64,000 bases of DNA from Callorhinchus milii (lineage: Eukaryota), in NCBI RefSeq assembly GCF_018977255.1, contig NW_024704743.1:115570001-115634000 (forward strand), written 5' to 3'. The notes under the pieces are model-generated. The model searched no databases and was not told the DNA's origin. It saw only the letters and a list, made by a program, of their open reading frames with translations. A program made the position numbers and the translations under genes. Below are positions 1 through 13,009 of this stretch, in pieces. The number at the start of each line of letters is the position of its first letter. Position 1 is the stretch's first letter.

Positions 1-1116
1 CGTGTCAAAAACACAGACGGGGTGTAATAAGCATGCGGCATCTGTCACACATAATGGCTTTCCTTTTGAGATCACTTTCTATTGCGGCTGAAACGTCTGT
101 ACTGAATCATTTATTTTCTTAAGTTATTGTGTTAAAATCACTCAGTCACAACTAGTAAGTGGACGAAACATTTCAGCTGCCCACTTGTCAGAAACTAATA
201 CAGGTCTCTCCCAGTATGGCAGCCTTGGCTGGTCAGGGTTCAGGTTTATCATCTATTCATGACTGACATCTGTGTCAATTATCTAAAATATATTGGCGCT
301 CAGTCTGGTACACCAATTTTAGCACTCTATTTTTTGTCTTTTTCCCCACCCCCGCACACACACACTTTTAGATATGGCAACTTGAAAAATAAAGATGATT
401 TCTATTTGTTAACAATTTACGTTTATATAGAGGCTTTCATTTAAAATGCCTGTAAGCACTTTACAGAATGAGATTAATTTGAATTGGATGCTGTTACAAA
501 GTATGAATTGATTTTGGAAATGCAAAACTATGCATCAGGAACTCCTACGAGAAGTAAAGAGAACATACAGTCAGATTTAGGGCTATTTTGGGAGAACCAA
601 GGTCTCCCAAGGTTAATTATTTTTTGATAAGCCAGTAGTCGGTGAACGGGGATCTGAGAAAAGACAAGATGTTGATTGGAAGAGGGCTGTAGAAAGTGAG
701 CACAGAACGGAAATGTATCTGTTTTATTCTTTAAATATTCAAGTTAATTTTAACTGAGTCTTTTCTCACCTTCGCTGATCTATCTCGAATGCCCCTTCCA
801 ACCTTAATTCTGATTTAACAGACGAGGAGGATTTCTCTGTGTTTAAAATCAAAGCCATCCACTCAGCTGCCTCATGCCCTGGGCCAATAGAAAAGTGCAG
901 AAATATTTGCTTTAAAATTGCGGGGCGATTTGAAATTTGCAGGCGGGGTGACTGGTGCTATTGAGGTACATTTTACTGCCAACCTACATTTTTTTCACTA
1001 TATTGATAAAAACTAAATTGGGCAGCCCATTTTTTTTGGGTGTGAGAGGGGGAGCGACACCAACCAGCAAGGCTACAGGAGCTCACCACCTCTTACCTGT
1101 CAGGGCCGGCACCGCC

Positions 1117-1350
1117 TAGAGACCCAGAGAGAGAGAGAGAGAGACACACACACACAGAGAGAGAGAGACACTCATAGACACAGAAACTCCGAAGCACACA
1201 CGTATAGAAGAGACACACGCAGACACACTCACAAACATACAGAGGAGAGAGACATACTCACATAGATGCTCACAAACACATAAAAGAGAGGGACACACAC
1301 ACACAGACAGCTACCAACAGCTCCCTCCTTCCCCCCCCTCCCCCCGCGTG
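1117..1350. repeat. Compound (GA)n/(CA)n microsatellite followed by a C-rich low-complexity tract
   Basis: Directly visible runs of gagaga, cacaca and ccccc. Confidence 0.9.
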
Positions 1351-1949
1351 TTTTCTCTCTCCATTCCTCACTGCTTTTCTGACAGTCCTCAATCATTAGC
1401 TCCACCTCGTCTGCCATTTGTTGTTTTTCTTATCTCTCTAATCTTTCATCAAAGTAATTTCTTGCATTTCTAAAGGTCAGTACCCCATCTTGACTATTAT
1501 CCACTCTGTTTACATACATAAACAATGTCAGTCTGATATTTCCACACCTTGAAAAGGTCATTGTTATATATGTCATGACAAAAGATCAAACACATTAAAA
1601 TATCAGGAGTGATGCTTTCATCCTCTTAAAATGCTCCCTACAGACTCTCTAAATTATTCCCACCATCCTTCAGTAAAGCAGCTTTTGACTCCCCACCTAC
1701 CCCTTTGTGGCTCCACATTAGTAAATGTTAGCTCCCTACGCTCATGAAGTGAAGAAATGCCAAAGGAGTATTACCATCATGGGCGAGTTTATTTTTTCAC
1801 ATTAAAATGAAAGGCTCTTCATGTTTATCCTTCAGTTTTATATTATCTCATAATCGACCACAAATGTTAAAATGATAAGTGTAGTAGAAATGCCATCATC
1901 TTTCTGAAAGCTTATGTTTCTTCCTTGAGGCGGAGGGAGGTAAGTACTG

Positions 1950-2160
1950 TATTGGAACTGAGTGGCTGCAAAGTGACATTTTTGGCAACAGAATATCAGA
2001 ATCTAGTCTGGTTCCTGAGCCAGGCAGGTCTAGTACTCTGGGACACTGCTGGTAACAGACCAGCCAGTCTGGCTCAACAGCAGGACTTGGAGGGTAGACT
2101 GGTCACTGGGGGGGCAAGGCTTCTTTCCACTCAGCTCCCGTTAACCTTGCAAGCCTGTGG
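1950..2160 (+). repeat. Unclassified interspersed repeat, copy 1
   Basis: Collinear with 46130-46360 (gttcctgagccaggc...agtactc..ggacactg...caggacttgga...gtcactggggg..caagg). Confidence 0.7.
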
Positions 2161-3087
2161 GGTAGTGTGGTCCTAGCTGAACAAACTACAGTTTCTGAGA
2201 GGCACACCAGATTTCACCACTGTGACTGAAATATGCAATAAATAGACCAAGTTCTTTCAGAGCCAGCTCATTCAGGATGCACGGAATGTCCTTCATCTGT
2301 GCTATAGACGTGTATGTTTTTTATGGTGCAGCATATTTATGCCATCAATGGTAAATCGTGCAATAGATGTGATTCTGCGTTTTAAAAAAAACTGCTCCGA
2401 ACATGGTCATGACATATGGCTAGTTGTAATTCCTGCCAGATGCTATAGGAGAGAGGCTTGCTGCTGCTTTCATTCAACATTGTGAAAAGCATTTATTTTA
2501 AAAACGTTTTAATTTGTTTCAATTAAAAGAATAGCTTCGCTGCACAAAATTGTGAATAAAGTAACTAAGAACCAAGAAGAGTTTGGATTGGTTTATTTTG
2601 ATCAAAACTGCAAAATACATGTTTATAATGAGCTCCGAGACGCAGCTGGGTGGAGTATTTATTTAAAATAATTTCAGTCACACCATTTATATAAAAGCAC
2701 ACTTTAAAGCTGTAATAACATTCAGTGGACCAACCATGGAAGTTTCATTAGATGCAAAAGTTACCAATTTATTTTTTGGGCTCTGTTGTTGGAAAGAAAC
2801 CTGAGTACAGAAAGGTCCAAAACCCTTGAAGTTGTGATCTAGTGAAATAAGTATTTTTTTAAAAAAACCTTTAATTATTTTACGTCAAAGGGTAGTCTCT
2901 ATGTTGAATATGGGTTTATTGCAGCCATCGCACCAGAGTATTAATTATATATAATATTTACTTTGTGTGCATTAATATAGTTTCTTTTGGTATTCAAAAA
3001 CACTAATTCTACAACATGTATAATTTAAAACTGCTTTCCGAGGAAATTACATTCCACGTCACTCATGTCTGCCTCTTACTTCAACAG

Positions 3088-3165
3088 TCGAGCTGGATAA
3101 TATCAGTGGAACTAGCAATAGGACCTGAAGAAGGGATCAGCTACTTGACAGACAAGGGTTCCACG
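3088..3165 (+). CDS. PTK2: PTK2/FAK exon, FERM F3 lobe (SSWIISVELAIGPEEGISYLTDKGST)
   Basis: cag|TCG...ACG|gtacgt, 78 nt, phase 0/0. The peptide matches mammalian FAK SSWIISVELAIGPEEGISYLTDKG. Confidence 0.97.
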
Positions 3166-3304
3166 GTACGTAAACATTCAATCTACCAAATAATTAATGT
3201 GTATTTTTTAATTTCACTTCCTCTCTCCCCTCTCTTTTATACACACAAATTGACAATAATTTACACTTGCATAGCGTTTCCACCTTGCTCAGAAACTTAG
3301 ACAT

Positions 3305-3595
3305 AGTGTGGCCATTTTGTTGGTAAATAAGCAACTAATGTGCTGAATGCCCAATCTTTTGTTTGTTAATTTGAATGAGGGAAGATTATTGGCCACAACT
3401 CCAGGAAAAACTCCATGCTCTTTGAAATAGTTCCTTGAGAGCCAGAAGACCTTGGCTTTATGTCTCATTGTGAGGATATCATTGCCAACAAAGTAACACT
3501 TCTCTACTGGAATGTCAACCTGGATTATGAGCTCAACATGTGGTATGGGGCTGCAAACCTTCTTGCTTTAATCCAAAGTGCTACTAGTTGAACCA
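3305..3595 (-). mobile_element. Decayed DeuSINE/SacSINE1-like SINE
   Basis: The reverse complement resembles the tRNA-like head and central domain seen in the other copies (54480, 55960, 62820). Confidence 0.6.
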
Positions 3596-3689
3596 GTAAT
3601 ACAGTTTGGTTTCTCTGAGTGGCATTGCCAACTCGGGCTAAATTGAAACTGTTACTGAATGGAGAAACAACGTGCTTTCCATTATGTTT

Positions 3690-5057
3690 CTCCAACCTCC
3701 CTTTCCTTTCTAAGGTCCTGGAACGAGTTGTTGCTTCCCAGCTTCACTCCTTCCTCTCCCTCCAATCGAGTTTCCGTACCGCCAACAGCACAGAAACAGC
3801 CCTGCTCAAAGTGACAAATAACATTCTGTTTATCTGCAACCAGGGCTCCCTCTGCCTCCTCATCCTCCTTGACCTCTCTGCTGCCTTCAATATCGTTGAC
3901 CGCTCTATCCTCATCCACCACCTCTCCTCTCACCTCAACCTTCACGGCTCTGTCCTTGACTGGTTCAGATCGTACCTCTCACACCGCCTGCACTTCATCT
4001 CCACAAATGGTTTCTCCTCCAGTCCCCGTACTGTCTCATGCGGTGTTCCTCAGGGCTTTGTCCTTGGTCCCCTCCTCTTCAATATCTATATGCCTCGTGT
4101 TGGTGACATCATCCGCAGACATGGGGTCAAATTTCACATGTATCCGAATGACACCCAACTGTACATCTCTGCCTCCAACCTTGACTCCAGGACAAACTGC
4201 TGTTCTGGATGAGACCTTTCTTCAGTTGAATGTCAACCGAGGCTCTCCTGATTGACTCCCGTCAGTGCCTCCACACCTCAGGCGCTGACAACATCATCAT
4301 CCATGGTTGCACACTCCACTTTACTAAGCCAGTTCGGAACCTTGATGCCTTGTTTAACTCTCAACTATCCCTTCTACCCCACATCCATGCCATGACCCTC
4401 TGCCTTCCCCCACCTCCGCAACATCGCCCGGCTCCACCACTGTCTCACACCGCAGGCCGCCGAAACCCTCATACACGCATTCATTACATCGAGGTTTGAC
4501 TATGCAGACTCCCTGCGTGTCGGCCTCCCCAACTCCTCCTTCCACAGGCTGCAGATCATCCAGAACTCTGCAGTCTGTATCCTCTCCCGCACCATGCTCC
4601 GTGGCTCTATCACTCCCTTCCTTGCCCAACTCCACTGGCTTCCCATCACACTGAGGATACAGTTCAAGATACTGGTCCTCACCTTCAAAGCCCTCCATGG
4701 CCTTGCTCCCCTCTACCTCTGTGACCTCCTAACCCCCATCCATCCTGCCTGTTCCTTCCGCTCAGTGGGCTACGGCTTGCTTCACGTCCCCCGCTTCGCA
4801 CACCCCACCATTGGGCCTTCTGTCACTCAGCCCGCACCCTCTGGATCTCCCATCTCACAGTCCCTCCGCCTCACCCATTCCCTTGCCTCCTTCAAGATGC
4901 ATTTCAAGACCCTCCTCTTCGACATGCTTTCCCCACTGCTCCCCACCCTCCCCAATCCCGACCCCCAGCTTGGGTCCGAAATACTGACTGTCCAGCACCT
5001 TGGGACATCGTCCCGAACGACGTGAAAAGCACTATACAAATGTAATTTTGTTGTTGT
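3690..5057 (+). mobile_element. 5'-truncated L2-clade LINE, frameshifted RT/ORF2 remnant
   Basis: Peptides SNLPFLSKVLERVV, STETALLKV, LLDLSAAF, GVPQG.VLGPLLF, YPNDTQLY and LHWLPI..RIQFKIL. 3' tail gtgaaaagcactatacaaatgtaattttgttgttg. Confidence 0.93.
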
Positions 5058-5725
5058 ATATTTCATGTGGAATACCCACAGTCTGATGTGAGCTCAGCAA
5101 GAGTACTTTCAAATTATGAAATCTTTTCTTTAAACGATCATACCATAATAATGATGCTAAAGTTCACAGACCATTAATGTGCATCTCAGTTATTTAATAT
5201 GTCTGCAAATTTGCGGTTGAAATGTTCAGTTTCAACCATAACCACATGAACATGTTTAATTTTGTTAATTTTCGTGCGCCACCTTCTGGTTAGGCGTATA
5301 ATTGCTTCAGAATACACATATATTAATGTAATTCTAACATGCTTTTGGTCTTTCATTTGTTTGCTACTCATTAACTTTAACTAAATTACTTTGGCTTTAT
5401 ATCAATCAAAACCAAACTGAGTTTGTATTTGTTTCCAGTTCTTTTTGAGGAGGCGAGAGAGAAAGCTTCCCTTTCCCAGTGCTAAGAATTATAACCCATT
5501 GTTTGGTACACGTTTCCATATTTAAAACCAGAGATCATGCCTTGAATAACCAAATCCTCCAAACATAAGGCATGAGAGTAATTAGAAGAAGTGGAGATTT
5601 TGGTTTAGACTTTGTGGCAGAAGCCGACTCATTCAAACCTGACCGATTGCAACTTATATGTACTTTATTGTTGATAATTAAGCAAGATACCTGCTATTTT
5701 CAAAATTGTCAAGATTTGCGCATAA

Positions 5726-6285
5726 CTATGTCCCACAAACAGCTATAAGGTGAACGACCAATTTTATCTGAAAGATTGTTGGACACCAGGAGAGACTCCT
5801 TATTTTTCCTTTCGAATTGTGCCATGGGATCTTTAACGCCCGACTAAACAGGCCGACAGGACCTAGGTTTAATGTCTCATCTGAAGGACAGCACCTCCGA
5901 CAACGCAGAACAACCCCACCACTTTTTGTGGGACATTGTTGTGCGCAAATTGGCTGCTGTGCTCTACATACATAGTTGCTATACTTTACAGACATGCTTA
6001 GACATATTGTGAAAGTTCTAAGTGGATAATGTTGGAGACTCTCCACTTTTAGACGATGGCCACTTCCTCCAACTCCACCTCACTTGCTCGGCGCCCGACC
6101 CTGCCACTGTGTAGCGCTCTGCGAGGTGCTGTCCAGTGTGAAGGGTGCTATATAAATGCAAGTTGTTGTTGTATAGGTGCTACATCAAATGCAAGTATTA
6201 TTTAGCTAAAACTTCAATCCCACAAACAACAACAACAAAATTACATTTATAGAATGCCTTTCACGTCGAGAGGACATCCCAAACT
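5726..6285. mobile_element. Cluster of SINE and L2 3' fragments in both orientations
   Basis: Minus-strand Deu-type SINE (5726-5905), plus-strand SINE fragment, plus-strand tail ending (gtt)n at 6172, and minus-strand tail starting (aac)n at 6225. Confidence 0.75.
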
Positions 6286-6711
6286 AGAGTAGCTGCAGAT
6301 ATGGCATCTAATTGAGAGAGAGAGAAAGAATTGTCGATAATGCTGTGAATGCTTCATGGAAACTTACTGTACTGTTCTGTCTTGTGATTCGAGTTCACAC
6401 ATCTGATTCTTGTGCTGAATTGGCATTCTGCTATAGTGGTGCAGGAGAAATTTAATTGGCCCCATCTGTTTCATCTCCTTTGAAAACCTCCAAGTAACTT
6501 TTTTAAAAAAAGACTTTGACCACAGAAAAGGATCAGATTACTTGCCCATCCTCCCAGCCAGTAGTGGAGCTTCGTACAGAGAATGCAAGGCCAATTTCTT
6601 TGGAGTAAATTAAGTCACTCTCATTGTCTTTTTTTAATCTGATGGTGGAAAAAAAATCAAATTCTAAAATATCAAAATCATTTGTAAAAATGTTCTTTTC
6701 GTCTTACACAG

Positions 6712-6819
6712 CCTACCCATCTGGCTAACTTCAACCAAGTACAGACCATTCAGTATTCAAACAGCGACGATAAAGACAAGAAAGGCACGTTGCAGTTAAA
6801 GATAGCAGGAGCATCAGAG
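6712..6819 (+). CDS. PTK2: PTK2 exon, FERM F3 (PTHLANFNQVQTIQYSNSDDKDKKGTLQLKIAGASE)
   Basis: acag|CCT...GAG|gtaaga, 108 nt, phase 0/0. Recognisable FAK peptide. Confidence 0.97.
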
Positions 6820-8779
6820 GTAAGATCACCTTATGGCAGTTTCTACTGACCTTCCTGGAGAATACCATTTATACTACTCTTTTATTTATTTGTATGTGGG
6901 GGTCACTTCAATCTGGAGAGAGTCAGAGCACTAAAATACTGCAAACTATGGCCTGACCCCTGTTAACTACAGGAAAGAAACAAAATGCATCATGTTGTGA
7001 GATGACAAAGTAATATGTTCACACGATCACAAGATTGTTTTGGATGAAGAAGGCTCCAATCTCAAATCTCATTTAGTGAGAACAGATTACCATTTCAGCT
7101 AAAATGAACCAACAACAGTAAAATACAATTCAGGAATTTAATGTGTGCCTTCCTGATCTGCATGGAATATAGTTTTACCACATGATTTATTTACTCACTG
7201 AGCCTGGACCTACATAATACATTTATAAATATGCACAGTATGAAATAAAAGCTTATTTGGCCCAATCAGTCAGCTCTTTTTAACAGTTCAATTTGCACTG
7301 AACTTCCACCACATCATCTCCTATGGAAAGAGTGCGATGACAAAACAAAAGTACACTTTCAGGAAGACAACATTCAACATTTTGGAATATTGTCCACTCT
7401 TGTGGAATAGCAGAATGATGCGAGTCAGCTGTATTTAAGCTCCAGAAATCTATTGTGTAAGGAAATAAGGATACAAATCTTCCTGATGCAGTATAACTGA
7501 TCTGTATGGAACGCATCATGATGTGCGTTTTGTATCCTTATTTCCTTACACACTGGGCTTCTGGACTCTGGCATGCTGCTGCATAGAGCGATTGAGTAGA
7601 TATTAGTAAATGTGCTAATACTTGCATTTGTTCATTTTTAAAAAAAAGTTATTTCCTTCCTTCAAAAAAAAGGCTAAGATACAAAACCAGAGGAGACTTG
7701 TAAAGATGGGAATTGAAAGCCGGCAGCCTAAGAAAAATGATGCTTTAAATCATAGAGTTAGTGAATTGCTTCCTGGGGACCACTACTGGGGAGAGGTCAT
7801 AAAACTTCTAATCTGAGGGCAGGAGAAGGTCCTTTAGGTTAGCAGTGGGTCCATAATAATGCACATGATTTGTAAAGCAAAATTGAATAGGTCATCAGAA
7901 CCACTGACCTTCACCTCATTACCTCAGTGATTATACTTTATAAATCTATTAAACAGAAAATATAGTGTGGGAACAGTCCCTCTACACATCTTCTGCAAGT
8001 CTTGATGTTCGATTGCTTTGATTCAGTCACACAGTAATGAAACCTGTGGGTGTCATTAGTTGGAAATGGAATTATTATGGATCGTGCCTTCAGGCCGAAC
8101 ACTGCTAATAATCCAATATCTGACTATGAGTTTGTAGTACTGTTCAATCAGAATGGCAGGTTATAGTTTTATTGAAGAGATTTTATGAATGCATGTTTTT
8201 TTCATTATATTCCAGAATTGCATTTATTAAGATAAAAGCATCTCTGTCATGCTTGCAAGGGTTTATGTTTGCTTTTTCCCCTTCCATGAGTTAGCTATCA
8301 TTATAAACCCATCAAAGCTAAATCATACTGTTATCAGTTTCAAGGTTTAATGCCACTCTACCATAACATCTCAATCTGGACTTTGTTTATTCAAGTTATG
8401 GTAACCTGGAAGGTTACCTTTGACTTTTATTTTTTTATACTCAACCTCAAAGTTGTACAGAGTATCTAAAGATGGATCCATCTTTCACTGGTGTTATTTG
8501 ACATCTATTGTTAATAGCAGTTATATACTACACACTGGATGTGACGGAGATATACAACTTGTGGGCCAGACCTGAAACTGAATCTGTCACACGTTATAGC
8601 AAGGGCTGTTTTTTGTTCTGGAATCTGCTTATTCTGCCTATTTTTGAAAATATATTTTTTCTTGCTTTTTTGAGGAGGGAAAAAAGCGTATTATCTTTAT
8701 TACACCAGTGTACTTTTTTTAAAATAAATCATTTATTTGAGATCTATCGAAAGACTAAGACAAGTTCCATAAATAATAT

Positions 8780-9700
8780 GGTACATTTAGATTTAATCTG
8801 GTCACTTTTATAGACAGATGTCTCTGAGACACTTTGAGAAATACGCCATACATGAAACTCCCTCCCTGTTTTTAAGTCCTTTGCCTCTAACTATGACCCA
8901 AGCATTTCAATTGTCATGTAACTGGTTCTGTATGTGTGTACTAGTTTTTAGTGAAACCAGCTTGCATGCCAAGTTCCTTTATTCATCTGTACCCTGTATT
9001 TGCACCCCTTATTTTTGCTGCTAAAGTACATTTACATTACATTTGGCTACATTAAAACACATTTGTCATACTGTCGTACGCACACCTAATCTATTAAATT
9101 AGATGACTACTTGTAGATTTTTGGACTTCTTCAAAGTTCACCACATCTATAAGCTTTGTGTCATCCGTAATTATGGTTCTATTCCCTTCTACACTCACGA
9201 CAAGATCGTTGACGTAGATGCTAACTGATTGCAGACCCAGCAGCCTTGGGAAACCCACTTGTCACAGCCTGCCAGTTTAAGAACATCCCCTTTATACTGG
9301 TTCTCTGACTTTCAATCTCCGGTTACATCAAGAAAGTTCCTCTCATACCATACGCCCCAATTTTTGCCATTAATCTGTAGCGTGGAACGTGTTGTGGAAC
9401 TACATTTAGACAACATTCACTGCCTATCCAGGTGCTTACCCACTGCATCACAAATGATGCATTCCAGTAACTTCCCACCACTGATGTCAAATATGGCCTA
9501 TAATTAAAAGAGGACAGAATGGTATTTTGAATAAAGATACAACATTCATCATCTTCGTATGATCCTAGAATTCGGGTAGCTCTAGAAGATTGCATCCAAT
9601 GGTTACCCCACCTCAATGGACATTTTGTTTAATATTCTTGGATGAATATATTCAAGGTTTCATCCCCCTCAATGTCTTTGGTCTTCCTCAGCTTATCTTC
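8780..9700 (-). mobile_element. Old, highly decayed CR1-like LINE fragment
   Basis: The minus strand shows remnants of the xDDTK motif (tttgtgtcatccgt) and the QM.FNV motif (ctacattaaaacacatttgtca). Confidence 0.5.
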
Positions 9701-10066
9701 ACTGTAATAAACTTTACCAATGATGTATCATTTGCCTGTTTCTACTGTGAAAACCAAAGCAATAGCTAACTCCTGATAATTCGTCACTCCAAGGGAAAAG
9801 GGTTCGATGACAGTTAGACTCCTCAATAAAAGGATGAATAAATGTGGTTGAGAGATTGACGGCATGATGACTTGAATGGTTGTGACAAGTTAAGCCAGGG
9901 TCAAGTTATCAGGAGTTTGCTGTAGTTCTACCATTTCTGTGTCCTGGGTTATTGTTTCACAATCAGTGTGTTAATGACCCCACTTTTACTGCATGTGATC
10001 AGTCCCATAATGAGAACTGAAAGCTGGGAGAAGCTGCAACAGTAACATTTTGCGTTTCATTTTCAG

Positions 10067-10184
10067 CCTCTGATAATAACAACACCATCATTGAACATCG
10101 CAGAGAACATGGCAGACTTGATAGATGGCTATTGCCGTCTTGTGAATGGAATTATGCAGTCATTCATTATCAGGTCTCAAAAAG
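10067..10184 (+). CDS. PTK2: PTK2 exon, end of FERM (PLIITTPSLNIAENMADLIDGYCRLVNGIMQSFIIRSQK)
   Basis: tttcag|CCT...AAAG|gtaggt, 118 nt, phase 0/1. Contains the AENMADLIDGYCRL motif. Confidence 0.97.
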
Positions 10185-12978
10185 GTAGGTTACATTCTCC
10201 AGTCAATATTTACATTTTACCAGTGACTAGTTTTTCAAACTATTTATCTTTCATTTTCTAAATACAATGTAAAATTCAACACCCAAAATGCAGGGTGAGG
10301 TTCTCTTCTGAGACTAGAATTGTATATAGTCAGCAGCTGAAATTTACCAATTACATACAGAAAGCTAAGCAATAAACCGAAGATCAAGCATCAACTACTG
10401 AAGAATTTTAAAAATATTGCTGCTTATGACAGCTATGTTTCAGAGGTGAGAGGAAAAGAAAGCAAAGATAATTAATCTTATGAAACAAAATGAAGAGCAT
10501 TTGTTGTATTGCACAATAGAACTGAGTTGAGTTTTTTTTAATTTCAACTTAATTTGTCTTTGTAATGCAAGGGCTCTTTCCTACACACATTGGAGCTCAT
10601 CCAAAATGATCTACTTTGGCTGTGTTAAATTCAAGATCATATAAACAGTGAACTGTCAATTATCAACCCTACCCTAATTGCATTTCATTCAAGATCTGGG
10701 GAAATATCGGTTAGGTTGTGTACATTTGGGGAACTCTGTTTTGAAAACTATTAAGTGTGGTGATTGTTTTCCTTATGTGTCAGACACCCAGCTGACCACA
10801 AAAAAATAACATTGCTAATGTTGTGGAGAGGGTAAACAAACACTGAATATTATCACTGTTTTCCTCCCAACTTGTGAGTGGATGCAGCATAAAATACTAG
10901 AGAAGAAAATGTGTCCAACATACATGGTAGTGTTGAAATGAGACTAACATGAGTGAATTATTGTATGTGTTTACATTTTGAATGGCCTCTTATCTATGTG
11001 CTCCAAAAGTCTCCTCCAAGGCAGCAAAGGCAGACGTCAAATTCAATCTAACCCGAGTGCTGCAAGTAGATCAATAGAGGTCAGACACACAGATTGAAAA
11101 AATATTGACATTCAACTGAGGCAGCTCATATTGACAGCTTGATCTTTGCACAAGGATCAGCTGTGATTGACTAATACACTGCATTTCCCCTAATTTCTTA
11201 AAACACAATTTTAAAGGGGAAGCAACCTTATGTAAAGCAGTAAATATCTATAAATATAGAAACTCCCTCCTTGCCATAGTCTGTTGGTCCACAGTGCCTC
11301 AGGAGTTCAAGTTTAAGTGCCTCAAGTTTAAGATTGTCTTCAAATCCATCAATCTTCTCACCTCTCCTGAAGTACTTTTTCTTTCTACTTGTGTCATGGA
11401 ATACTCCTAAATGTACCCTGCCTATTACAGGGCTTTGTGTGGATTGTTTGTATATCTGAAATGTGTCTTTTCAGAAGCAACACTGATACTGAACAGTTTG
11501 CTCTATTACTGGCAGGTAATGTGCAGAAACCATCATTTCCACTATTGAGCTTTAAACTCTAAACTGATCCTGAAATAAATTTCTTGGTGTTCGTTGAAGG
11601 ATTTGTGGCACTATGCTGATAATCCTCTGCAAACTACCAATCGATCTCTGGTATCAAACCTGGCTTTGTGCTGAAATGCCCTGCAGTAGTTTATTCCACA
11701 TCTGGAATACAATCTAGATTTGATTTTACCTGGTACAGCTTATGTTAGCATTTCTTTACAACATTCATAGGTGTTCAAGGAGAGATGAATTGATACAAGA
11801 AAATAATCTGTTTTTAAATATGGGTATAGTGGGGAAAAATATAAAAACTGAAGACGTGATAACTTTATTAGTTACTTCTGTAACTTGAGCTTTGTAATTT
11901 AGTTCTTTCACCCAGCCAGCCCTGCTTGTGTCATTTGTTTTATTGCACTCTTGATACAGTTACATGTCAATACTTTAAAAAAAAACAATAGTCACCCACT
12001 CCAGAGGTATGTCAGACAAAATAACTTGTCATTTTTCCTCTTGCAACATCACTTTTATAATCTCTAACCAACCTTAAAAGTACAACCTTCATAACTGTTT
12101 TCAAAAAAAGTTTCATAAGTAAAAGTGGCAGAAGAGGGGCTGAGTAAGGCTGATGTTTTACAGCATAATCAATGTTGTTTGATTTCTCTTGGTGCACATA
12201 ATCATGGATGTGTACAGAGGCTCTTCCATCCATCACAATGATATAGATAGTCTGGCGTCACTGTATCAAGCTTGCCTTGATAATGACCTTTGTGGAAAGG
12301 AGAAATGAGAGAGAATGTCCGCACAACAGATTTTTGTTTAAGAGAACGTTAGTGAAAGAGGTCTAGGCCATGACGCAGGATGCCACCTAGATTTGCAACA
12401 GTAGAGGCATATCCAGATAAGCAAAGAGTGGTCAGATGATGTTAAATTTGGATTTTAAAAGTCCAATTGTGTGAAGGAGGAAATTAGTTTGATGTTTATA
12501 ATAGTCTGCTCCGGTTCCTATGTTATTTTGTTCCTATGTTACTAAGTCTATGGTGATGCTGCAGTGTTTTATATAAGCAGCCAGGTTGTATAATTGAATG
12601 AATGTAACATGTCCCCTCGTGCCTCGACTAGTATCCTGAATTGATTTCCTATTTTAAATTATGTTGTAATTCTGTGTCAGCACGTAGTTTGTAAGCAATG
12701 ATTTTAGTCAAATCTATTGTCATTTGACATTACTGAAATACTAATACTGATAATCCATTGAAAAGTTTGGTCAACCTAAAAAGAATGGCCTACACACATG
12801 AAATTCTCACAAGCAGCCTGGTGCAGGCAGAGACTGGCTCAGGTAAAATGTAGATTCATCTGTACAAGCTTCGAATTAAAAGCATTCCTAGATTTTAGTT
12901 CCATTTGAAGTAGCAAATTGCATCCAACTGATGAAGGACGGAGCTGTTTTTGATCTTCAATCTATTTTGTCTCCACAG

Positions 12979-13009
12979 AGGGAGAGAGAGCCTTACCTTC
13001 TCTACCCAA
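12979..13009 (+). CDS. PTK2: PTK2 small linker exon (EGERALPSLPK, proline-rich Src-SH3 site)
   Basis: ccacag|AG GGA GAG AGA GCC TTA CCT TCT CTA CCC AA|gtaagt, 31 nt, phase 1/2. Compare mammalian EGERALPSIPK. Confidence 0.95.
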
